Virus record (IMG/VR): IMGVR_UViG_3300024255_000004
Length of the DNA stretch: 64,000 nt
Strand: one strand, 5' to 3'
Origin: a virus
Shown: positions 20,122 through 28,344 of the stretch, piece after piece
Position numbering within the stretch: position 1 is the stretch's first letter
Layout: each line of letters starts with the position of its first letter
Position numbers and translations under genes: made by a program
The notes under the pieces: model-generated
The model's database searches: none
What the model was told of the DNA's origin: nothing
Seen by the model: only the letters and a program-made list of their open reading frames with translations

Positions 20122-21747
20122 ATGTCAGACGAAATATACATTAATATAGGAACAACCTTACAACAACCATATCAAGGTCAAGTGCCTGCCAATGCTCAAA
20201 GTAATGAAGTAAAGCAAGCAGTTAGACAGATATCAGTAAATGCTCAGACAACATATAGAAGTCCGAGTCAGACTCCTACTACATACAGAAATCCAGTTAA
20301 TGGTCAGTTATTGGTGCAAGATGCACGACAACCTAGTCCGTTCACTTATCAGAACCAACAACAGAATCCATTTCAAAGTCCGTTTACATATCAACAGCCT
20401 GCGATATATAATCATCAAAATCAAAGAAGTAGTCCGTTTATCGACAATGCGAGACAACCTGTAGATGCATTTCAACAACCAACAGCTGCATATCGAAGTC
20501 CTATAGCTGCCTCTAGACAACCAGTAGCTGCAGTTCAACAACCAGTAGCTGCTGTTCAAACACCTATTGGTGCAAGTAGACAACCAGTTCCAGTAGCTGA
20601 AAGTAGACAACCAGTTCCAGTAGCTGCAACACAGAATCCGTTTACATTCCGAAGTTCTTATCGAAGTCCATTTACATATCAAGATGTCACCCCTTATGCA
20701 ATTTCGGCTCAATCTGCTAATATTCAAGCTGCTCGACAACCAGCAATTTATTATTTTCAGGTATATCAAGCATTTAATGACCCTGATGAATTCCCTAGAC
20801 CTCCTACAGGAATGCCTGGTGAGGTAGCGGGAAACATGCAAATGGGTGGGTTTCAAGTCACAAGAACTCCAGTTATAAATCAAGTTCAAGGTGCATATGC
20901 GTCTACGCAAACCCCTGTTGCAGCTTATCCAGCAAACAGACAGACCACCAATTATTATTTTAATCCATATAATGGTGAAGACTACCCGTATCAATTACCT
21001 GCGACATATCAAGCTGGTGCATATCGGTCTCCATCGATTGTATTTATCGCACAAAATCCAGTCTCTGCTCAACAGACGTTGCAACAACCAGTTCCAGCAA
21101 GACAACCAGTAGCTGCATTTACATATCAGAGTCCTGTAGCTGCGTTTACATATCAGAGTCCTATAGCTGCATATAGACAACCAACAGCTGCATATCGAAG
21201 TCCTATAGCTGCATATCAGAGTCCTATAGCTGCATCTCAACAACCAGTGGCTGCATTTACAACACCTATAGGTGCATTCCAGTCACCATTTACGTTTCAG
21301 AATCAACAACAGGTAAACGACCCTGTTAGTGCAAATCGACAAACAACGATTCAAGCAAGGGGAGACGGACAAGCGTCAAGTCCTTATATTGCAAATGCAC
21401 AACAACAACTTACAATTCAGTATAGGTCTCCATTTACATATCAAAATCCTGTAAATAAACAAGTTGCAACACAAAATATTGTTCAACAACCTTCAATATA
21501 TCAAGCACCTTATCAGGTTTCCTATCAACATAGGTCTCCTTTCATTTATCAGACACCATACTCAACAACTAGAAGTATCGGCCCTATTGCAAAAGTGAAA
21601 GCAGTATATGTGAATAAAGATGGTGCTCAAGCAACACCCGAAAAACTAGAGGAAATATATGTTAATAACCAAAATACTGCAGAGAAAATACACCAAACAG
21701 TTCCAACTGCAAGATTCTCTAAACACCCTTCAAACACTCAACAATAA
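20122..21747 (+). CDS. Gln/Pro/Tyr-rich mirror-symmetric repeat protein (single-chain hairpin filament)
   Basis: Pro-delimited repeats on both sides of a central region are mirror-ordered (Pro i+j=502); C-terminal KVKAVYVN...IYVN domain. Confidence 0.7.
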   Translation: MSDEIYINIGTTLQQPYQGQVPANAQSNEVKQAVRQISVNAQTTYRSPSQTPTTYRNPVNGQLLVQDARQPSPFTYQNQQQNPFQSPFTYQQPAIYNHQNQRSSPFIDNARQPVDAFQQPTAAYRSPIAASRQPVAAVQQPVAAVQTPIGASRQPVPVAESRQPVPVAATQNPFTFRSSYRSPFTYQDVTPYAISAQSANIQAARQPAIYYFQVYQAFNDPDEFPRPPTGMPGEVAGNMQMGGFQVTRTPVINQVQGAYASTQTPVAAYPANRQTTNYYFNPYNGEDYPYQLPATYQAGAYRSPSIVFIAQNPVSAQQTLQQPVPARQPVAAFTYQSPVAAFTYQSPIAAYRQPTAAYRSPIAAYQSPIAASQQPVAAFTTPIGAFQSPFTFQNQQQVNDPVSANRQTTIQARGDGQASSPYIANAQQQLTIQYRSPFTYQNPVNKQVATQNIVQQPSIYQAPYQVSYQHRSPFIYQTPYSTTRSIGPIAKVKAVYVNKDGAQATPEKLEEIYVNNQNTAEKIHQTVPTARFSKHPSNTQQ

Positions 21748-21752
21748 TTTTG

Positions 21753-21760
21753 TATAAATA
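21753..21760 (+). promoter_or_regulatory. T4-type late promoter
   Basis: TATAAATA. Confidence 0.75.
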
Positions 21761-21765
21761 GTTAT

Positions 21766-22098
21766 ATGGCTATTATTGCAAATATATTTATCGACCAAGG
21801 AACAGATTTTAGTATCACTGTAGATGTCACGGACACTAGTGGTGGTGCATTGAATATGAGTGGTTATTCTGCAGCTGCACAAATAAGAAAAACTTATGGT
21901 TCTTCAACTGTAAGTTCAAGTTTTACAACGTCTATTGCAGAAGCATCAGGTCAAGTCACGTTATCACTTACTGATACTCAAACAACTGCTTTGGAATCGG
22001 GTAGATATGTTTATGATTTAAATGTGACAAGTGGTGGTGGACAGACTACTCGTGTGGTAGAAGGTCAAGCTATTGTCACACCAGGCGTCACGAGGTAA
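21766..22098 (+). CDS. Virion structural protein (Ig-like adaptor)
   Basis: ANIFIDQG.DF...AQIRK.Y.S...L.LT..QT..LE.GRYVYD...RVVEG...VTPGVTR family of T4-like phages. Confidence 0.7.
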   Translation: MAIIANIFIDQGTDFSITVDVTDTSGGALNMSGYSAAAQIRKTYGSSTVSSSFTTSIAEASGQVTLSLTDTQTTALESGRYVYDLNVTSGGGQTTRVVEGQAIVTPGVTR

Positions 22099-22102
22099 TT
22101 AG

Positions 22103-22345
22103 ATGACAATTAAAGGAACATTAAGTAGAGTTGCAACTATTGGTGGTAAAGTCCAAGGACAAGGTAATATCCGTGCAAAACAAGTTGCAATCGGTAATTC
22201 ATCTTCAAATGTAAATCTATCTGCAAAATCAATCAACGAATTATCAGATGTAGATGCAAGTGAAACAGATGACGGACTTTTATCTTATGATGCATCAACA
22301 GATAAATGGACTACTACAACAATTTTAGATGGTGGAACGTTCTAA
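22103..22345 (+). CDS. Small fibre connector protein
   Basis: LSDVD...GLLSYD...KW; ends DGGTF. Confidence 0.55.
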   Translation: MTIKGTLSRVATIGGKVQGQGNIRAKQVAIGNSSSNVNLSAKSINELSDVDASETDDGLLSYDASTDKWTTTTILDGGTF

Positions 22346-22362
22346 GTTAGACGTTTCAATGT

Positions 22363-22370
22363 TATAAATA
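22363..22370 (+). promoter_or_regulatory. T4-type late promoter with a ~165-nt leader
   Basis: TATAAATA. Confidence 0.7.
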
Positions 22371-22410
22371 AAATACACGAACACACAAAGATAGACACAC
22401 TTCAATCAAG

Positions 22411-22491
22411 GATACCAACCAGTGAGGTATCGACCCTCATAGTGAGAGGATAGTTTTATATATAATGTATCTCTCGGGATAGTGAACGAGA
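22411..22491 (+). promoter_or_regulatory. Candidate cis-regulatory RNA: three hairpins with AGTGA loops
   Basis: GATACC/GGTATC, CCTC/GAGG and TCTCG/CGAGA stems, each closing a loop containing AGTGA. Confidence 0.45.
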
Positions 22492-22537
22492 ATTAATATT
22501 AACAATTTTAATTTTTTTAAAAAACTAGGAAATAAAA

Positions 22538-24118
22538 ATGGCAACAGTTATTCAAATCAAAAGAAGCACTGGCTTATCAGCTCCAACAGTCTCAGACTTA
22601 TCGGAAGGTGAATTAGCGTATGTGCAAGATAGGGCTAACTCAGGAAATAGTGCAAAACTTTTTATTGAATCCGTAGACTCAGACAACTCAACTCCATTAA
22701 TACAAGCCATCGGTGGTAAGTATTACACGGACATGTTGGCTGGTTCAAGTGCAACCCCTGCTAACTTAAAAGTTGGTAATGGTTCTACTTCAGGTGGTTC
22801 AATTAAGTTAATGGAAGATTCAGACAACGGAACAAACTCTGTTGCTCTTAAATCTCCCGATACACTAGCCTCTGATTTATCCTTTACATTACCTTCAGCA
22901 GATGGTAGTGCAAACCAAGTTATGGCAACAGATGGTTCAGGAAACCTTTCTTTTGTCTCAACAACATCTTCACTAGAAGGTGCGTCTGATACAGATATCT
23001 CATCTCCAACAACTGGACAAATACTTGTTCATGACGGAAGTGATTCATTTGACAACGTATCAATGAGTGGTGATATAACAATGAATTCAGCAGGTGTCAC
23101 TGTAATAGGTGCTGGAACTGTAGAATTCACAATGTTAGATGGTGCGGTAGTCCAAACTTCAGGGGAAGCATTCTCTGATGATGACGTATCATTAATGACA
23201 TCTGCAGCTATCTTGGACAAAATCCAAGCAACTGCAACTTTAGAAGACTTAGACTTCGCAGGTGGTTCAGGAACAGGGTCAGTAGACCTAGATTCACAAT
23301 CATTAACGATTGCTGGAACAGCTAACGAAATCGAAACTTCTGCTTCAGGACAAACTTTAACAGTAGGTTTACCTAGTGACGTGACAGTTGGAAACGACTT
23401 AACAGTCACAAATAACTTAATTGTTTCAGGTCAATTACAATCAGACGATATCACTGCATCAACAATGACTGCAAGTGGAAACGTTGTTGTGACTGGAAAC
23501 TTGACAGTTAACGGAACTACTACAACTGTAAATTCAACTACTACTTCAGTAGCTGACCCAGTATTTGAAATCGGTGACGATTCAGCTGATGATAACTTAG
23601 ATAGAGGTATTAAATTTAAGTATAATTCAGGTGGAGCTAAAATTGGTTTCTTCGGTATGGACGATACAGATGGTAAATTCACATTCTTTGCAGACGCAAC
23701 TGATTCTTCATCAACTTTCTCAGGAACAGCTGGTGACGTTAAATTCGGTGGTATTGCAGCTAGTGGATTAGCATTAAGTGGTTCAATCACTTCAGTAGAC
23801 GGAGCTGCTCCAACAGCAGGTCAAGTATTAATTGGTAATGGTTCTAATGGAGACATGGAACTTGCAACAATTACTGCTGGTGAAGGACTTGATATAACAA
23901 ATGCAGACGGAAGTATTACACTTTCTGCAGAAGACGCAACAGATGCCAACAAAGGTATTGCTTCTTTTGGTGCAAGTTATTTCACAGTGACTTCAGGTGA
24001 TGTAGCAATCAATGATGCAACAACATCATCTAAAGGTATAGCTTCATTCGACTCAAGTAATTTCACACTCACTTCAGGTGATGTTGCAATTACAGCTATT
24101 GACGGCGGGACATTTTAA
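22538..24118 (+). CDS. Tail fibre-like protein
   Basis: MATVIQIKRS...EGELAY N-terminal motif; GNLTVNGTTTTVNST; KGIASF repeats; ends DGGTF. Confidence 0.7.
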   Translation: MATVIQIKRSTGLSAPTVSDLSEGELAYVQDRANSGNSAKLFIESVDSDNSTPLIQAIGGKYYTDMLAGSSATPANLKVGNGSTSGGSIKLMEDSDNGTNSVALKSPDTLASDLSFTLPSADGSANQVMATDGSGNLSFVSTTSSLEGASDTDISSPTTGQILVHDGSDSFDNVSMSGDITMNSAGVTVIGAGTVEFTMLDGAVVQTSGEAFSDDDVSLMTSAAILDKIQATATLEDLDFAGGSGTGSVDLDSQSLTIAGTANEIETSASGQTLTVGLPSDVTVGNDLTVTNNLIVSGQLQSDDITASTMTASGNVVVTGNLTVNGTTTTVNSTTTSVADPVFEIGDDSADDNLDRGIKFKYNSGGAKIGFFGMDDTDGKFTFFADATDSSSTFSGTAGDVKFGGIAASGLALSGSITSVDGAAPTAGQVLIGNGSNGDMELATITAGEGLDITNADGSITLSAEDATDANKGIASFGASYFTVTSGDVAINDATTSSKGIASFDSSNFTLTSGDVAITAIDGGTF

Positions 24119-24156
24119 TTAATAATTCGTTTAATCAATAACTTTAGGAGAGTCAA

Positions 24157-25278
24157 ATGGCAACTGTAATTACATTTAAAAAGAGTTCTACTCAGAACGC
24201 AGTCCCGACTACTAGTGATATAGTAGTAGGAGAACTCGCGTTAAACACCTACCATGGTAGGGTTTACACAGAGAAGAATGATGGTTCAGCTGCTATTGTT
24301 GAGGTCGGGTCAGTCCCAGCCTCTTTGACAATTAATGATGCTATTACTTTCCCAACTAGTGATGGGACATCAGGACAAGTATTACAAACAGACGGAAGTG
24401 GTTCACTTTCTTTTGCAGACTCAGCGTCAGCATCAGATAGTTTATTTACTTTTACTGTTTCTTCAAACACCACAGCTTTCTCAGGAAACGATGATGACGG
24501 ACAAACATTGTCCTACTCAATTGGTGATGAACAGGTATACTTGAATGGTGTTTTATTAGTAGATGGTGGTGCCGACTATACAACGACAAGCACATCAGTT
24601 ATTACTCTATCTGCAAATGCAGTAAGTGGTGATACACTGGTAGTTAGAACACCTAGTTCTGCAGCTTCTTCTGCTTCCACAGGAAGTAGTAGTTTCTCAG
24701 CAACTACAGCTAACCAGTCATTGATAGTGGTGCCAACAAGCACGAAAGCAATTAAAGTAAATTTAGTTGCAACTCATGCTTCAGCAGGTAATCACTTTGC
24801 AGAAGTAGTCCTTGTTAACGATGGTTCTGATTCATTCATATCTCAATTTGCAGACACATTTACGAATGCAAGTTTGTTTAGTTTGTCCACTGATATCAGT
24901 GGTTCAGACATGAGATTATTAATCACACCAGTTAATACAGACACATCAGTAAGTAGTTCATATATCTCACTTCCTGCTCAAGGAAATTCTACAACATTCT
25001 CTGCTACTACAGCAGACCAAGTGTTGTCTAGTGTTTCAACAGGAGTTAAAGGTATTAAATATGAACTCGTAGCAACACATGCTAGTGCTGGTTCACATTA
25101 TGCAGAGGTGACTTTAACAAACGATGGTTCGGACGCATACTTTGTCCAATTCGGTGATGTATTCACCAATGCATCGTTGTTTACATTAAGTGCAGATGTT
25201 TCAGGAAGTTCACAGAGACTTCTAATAACACCTGTTAATACTAACACAACTGTTTCTGTAAAGAAAACAACATTGTAA
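24157..25278 (+). CDS. Fibre hub/adaptor protein with a duplicated C-terminal domain
   Basis: MATVITFKKS...GELALN; VYLNGVLL..DY; two copies of LVATHASAG.H.AEV...NDGSD...QF.D.FTNASLF...RLLITPVNT. Confidence 0.6.
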   Translation: MATVITFKKSSTQNAVPTTSDIVVGELALNTYHGRVYTEKNDGSAAIVEVGSVPASLTINDAITFPTSDGTSGQVLQTDGSGSLSFADSASASDSLFTFTVSSNTTAFSGNDDDGQTLSYSIGDEQVYLNGVLLVDGGADYTTTSTSVITLSANAVSGDTLVVRTPSSAASSASTGSSSFSATTANQSLIVVPTSTKAIKVNLVATHASAGNHFAEVVLVNDGSDSFISQFADTFTNASLFSLSTDISGSDMRLLITPVNTDTSVSSSYISLPAQGNSTTFSATTADQVLSSVSTGVKGIKYELVATHASAGSHYAEVTLTNDGSDAYFVQFGDVFTNASLFTLSADVSGSSQRLLITPVNTNTTVSVKKTTL

Positions 25279-25289
25279 GGAGATAAGAA

Positions 25290-25700
25290 ATGGCTAAAAC
25301 AAATGCTTTTAAAATTGCTGAGTTAATCCGTGCTATCACTTTTGATGTTGCGAATGATGAAATAGTCACAACTAAAGCCATACAGTCTAAGAATAAACAG
25401 ACTGGTGGAACAACATATACAGCAACAACAGAAGTTGCACTCGATACATTTGCCCATGCATCGTATAGAGCTGCAAGGTATGTTATTGCAATGGACGAAG
25501 GAACAAACTTCCATTCAACCGAAATTATGTTAGTTCACGATGGTTCTACAGTGACAATGACTTCATATGGAACATTGAAAGATACTAATCTTGCAACTTT
25601 TGATGCAGATATTAGTGGAAATGACGTTAGATTACTTATTACACCTGCGAGTGCTAATAGCACAATCGTCAAATTTGATAGAACAGTGGTAGACGCTTAA
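25290..25700 (+). CDS. Fibre adaptor protein (one copy of the 24157 C-terminal domain)
   Basis: YRAARYVI...FHSTEIMLVHDG...YG...FDADISG.DVRLLITP. Confidence 0.6.
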   Translation: MAKTNAFKIAELIRAITFDVANDEIVTTKAIQSKNKQTGGTTYTATTEVALDTFAHASYRAARYVIAMDEGTNFHSTEIMLVHDGSTVTMTSYGTLKDTNLATFDADISGNDVRLLITPASANSTIVKFDRTVVDA

Positions 25701-25726
25701 CATCAACTTTATAAAAATTCTTTTTT

Positions 25727-25752
25727 AGGGGAACTTCGGTTCCCCTTTTTTT
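25727..25752 (+). terminator. Rho-independent terminator with cUUCGg tetraloop
   Basis: AGGGGAAC-TTCG-GTTCCCCT followed by a T-run. Confidence 0.9.
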
Positions 25753-25801
25753 GACTTGAAAAAAACCATAAATAGATTTAGACAAATATAAATGGTAGTT
25801 T

Positions 25802-27724
25802 ATGGCAACTAATTCAAAATTCAGTGCAGATTTAGGTATAAAGACAGATGCAGACCTACAAGTAGACGGAAACGTCACTGTATCAGGCAACCTAACAGTC
25901 AATGGAACCCAAACAACAGTAAACTCTTCCACGACTTCGGTGGAAGACTCAATGTTAGAGCTTGCAAATGCAAACGTATCTTCTGATACACTTGATATCG
26001 GTATTTACGGAAACTATGATGACGGATTAGGTGACGGAGTATCAGAATACACTGGATTCTTTAGAGATGCAACAGATTCAACTTGGAAATTATTTGACGG
26101 ATTAGAAGTAGAACCATCGACTACAGTCAATACTAGTGGAACAGGTTATACACTTGCAGACTTACAGGTGGGTGACTTAACTGCAACCACTTTGACTGCA
26201 ACCAATGCTCTTACAGGGTCTTCTATCACCTATCCTACTTCAGACGGAACAAACGGACAATTTTTAAAAACAAACGGAAGTGGTGCTTTATCATTCGGAG
26301 ATATCCCAACACAATATACTGATTCAGACGCTAGAAGTGCAATAAGTGTTAGTGGTGATTTATCTTATAATTCTTCAACTGGTGTAATATCATATTCAGA
26401 TTCCGATACAACATATACTGATTCAGACGCTAGAAGTGCAATAAGTGTTAGTGGAAATCTTGCATATAACAGTTCAACGGGTGTTATATCTTACTCAGAA
26501 CCTACAATGTATGCAGACTCAGACGCTAGAAGTGCAATAAGTGCTGGAACTGGAATATCATATGATAGTTCAACTGGAGTAATAACAAATACAGTTTCAG
26601 ATACAGACACAACATATAGTGCTGGAACTGGGTTAAGTTTATCGGGAACAACTTTTAGTAGCACAATAACTCAATATGCAGACTCAGACGCTAGAAGTGC
26701 AATAAGTGCTGGAACAGGTATCTCATATAACTCCTCAACTGGTGTTATTACAAATACAGTTTCAAATACTGATACAACATATAGTGCTGGAACTGGATTG
26801 AGTCTATCGGGAACAACATTTAATAACACAATAACACAATATGCAGACTCAGACGCTAGAAGTGCAATAAGTGCTGGAACTGGAATTTCATACGATAGTT
26901 CAACTGGTGTTATTACAAATTCTTCAACTGCAGACGGAATTATCACAAGTGGTGTGACTACAATCATTCAATCACAAGATGATACGAATGTTATTCACAT
27001 AAACAACTCTGCAAATGTTGGTATTGGAACAAGTATTGCAAATCACAAAGTAAATATTCATACAGATACCGATGATGATTATGCATTAAGAATTGAAGGA
27101 AGCACAAATAACTCTGCAGTTTGGACTGGTATAGGTCTTGCTGGAGAGGAATCTAATACTAAAGCTGCAATCATTTTTAAAGACATAGCACAAAGTTATG
27201 CAAGAGGAGATTTAATATTTGCTCTTAACAGTTCCGCAGACCAAACAAATGCATCTCCGTCTGATGCAAAAATGACAATCACTAACGAAGGATATATCAC
27301 TGCACCGAATCAAGTTGCATTTAGTGTTGCAAAAAACAATGGATATCAAACTGATGATAATGTTTTTGTTTGTGATTCAACAACTGGTAGTAGAAACCAT
27401 AACGATGGAAGTCATTACAATACTTCAAATGGAAGATTCACTGCACCAGTTGCTGGTAGATATTGGTTCTCCTTTAGTGTGCAAACACATGACTCAGGTG
27501 GTGTTGTTCAAGCATGGGTAGCACTTAGAAAGAATGGTTCAATAGTGCAATACAATTTACAACATAAAACTGGTGGGTATCATACTAGATTTGACATGTC
27601 GATATCATTAAAATTAGCTGCAAATGATTACATTGATGCATATGTTGGAGAATCAGGAACAAGTTCAGGTTGGCAAGGTTCTGCATCTGAATACAATAAC
27701 TTCAGTGGATTTTTAATAGGATAA
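25802..27724 (+). CDS. Tail fibre protein with internal repeats and a C-terminal C1q-like domain
   Basis: GNLTVNGT.TTVNS; five YxDSDARSAIS repeats; GRFTAPVAGRYWFSF...LAANDYI...FSGFLIG. Confidence 0.75.
   Translation: MATNSKFSADLGIKTDADLQVDGNVTVSGNLTVNGTQTTVNSSTTSVEDSMLELANANVSSDTLDIGIYGNYDDGLGDGVSEYTGFFRDATDSTWKLFDGLEVEPSTTVNTSGTGYTLADLQVGDLTATTLTATNALTGSSITYPTSDGTNGQFLKTNGSGALSFGDIPTQYTDSDARSAISVSGDLSYNSSTGVISYSDSDTTYTDSDARSAISVSGNLAYNSSTGVISYSEPTMYADSDARSAISAGTGISYDSSTGVITNTVSDTDTTYSAGTGLSLSGTTFSSTITQYADSDARSAISAGTGISYNSSTGVITNTVSNTDTTYSAGTGLSLSGTTFNNTITQYADSDARSAISAGTGISYDSSTGVITNSSTADGIITSGVTTIIQSQDDTNVIHINNSANVGIGTSIANHKVNIHTDTDDDYALRIEGSTNNSAVWTGIGLAGEESNTKAAIIFKDIAQSYARGDLIFALNSSADQTNASPSDAKMTITNEGYITAPNQVAFSVAKNNGYQTDDNVFVCDSTTGSRNHNDGSHYNTSNGRFTAPVAGRYWFSFSVQTHDSGGVVQAWVALRKNGSIVQYNLQHKTGGYHTRFDMSISLKLAANDYIDAYVGESGTSSGWQGSASEYNNFSGFLIG
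26315..26917 (+). repeat. In-frame tandem repeats (5 copies of Y(T/A)DSDARSAIS..G..YxSSTGVI)
   Basis: Near-identical TCAGACGCTAGAAGTGCAATAAGTG core in five copies starting near 26315, 26414, 26510, 26675, 26840. Confidence 0.85.
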
Positions 27725-27732
27725 ATAGAATT

Positions 27733-27984
27733 ATGGATTATACAATTACATTAACTGCAACAGAAAAGAAAGTTATGGATACAATCACTACAGATATAGA
27801 TGATTGGATTACTAACGCTGCACAAAATAGAGCAAGAATTGCTAAAGAAGAGATTCTCTCTGCATTGATTTTACACTGCAATGTAAATGGTGTCACTCTT
27901 GCGACAGGTGAAGAAGCACAAATTGACCAAGCATATACATTAGGTGTATGTGAAGCAGCTGCTGATGCACCAATGCCTGAATAA
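27733..27984 (+). CDS. Small protein following the C1q fibre (possible chaperone/tip partner)
   Basis: Good ORF; WITNA..NRARIA motif; position. Confidence 0.55.
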   Translation: MDYTITLTATEKKVMDTITTDIDDWITNAAQNRARIAKEEILSALILHCNVNGVTLATGEEAQIDQAYTLGVCEAAADAPMPE

Positions 27985-28040
27985 AGTTTCATTTAATTTC
28001 ATTTATTAACCATATACCTCTCTTTTAGGGAGACATAGTT

Positions 28041-28048
28041 TATAAATA
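28041..28048 (+). promoter_or_regulatory. T4-type late promoter
   Basis: TATAAATA. Confidence 0.7.
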
Positions 28049-28083
28049 TTCAGGTAAATATCAAATGAAGGGGATTCAACTCA

Positions 28084-28344
28084 ATGGCAACACAAAATAC
28101 ATTCGTAATTGAGTATGGTTTAACAGTAGGAACTACTGAAATCATATCTAGTGCTGGTAAATTAGCAGCTAGTGCATTATCATTACTAGACACTGATAAT
28201 CTTGCAGAAGGTTCGGTGAATCAATACTTTTCAAACTCTCTTGCAAGGGGTGCTATAAGTCTTGCAAGTGGGGAAACAAATTTAAACTACAACTCATCAA
28301 ATGGTGAGTTATCATTACCACAATTAGATGGAGGAACATTCTAA
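28084..28344 (+). CDS. Small fibre connector protein
   Basis: F.IEYGLTVG N-terminus; TDNLAEGS.NQY; ends DGGTF. Confidence 0.55.
   Translation: MATQNTFVIEYGLTVGTTEIISSAGKLAASALSLLDTDNLAEGSVNQYFSNSLARGAISLASGETNLNYNSSNGELSLPQLDGGTF

Noticed and set aside
26315-26917. Near-identical ~25-30-nt repeats with intervening sequence (CRISPR-like)
   Set aside because: They are in-frame coding repeats of a fibre gene; the intervening parts are themselves repetitive; no cas genes.
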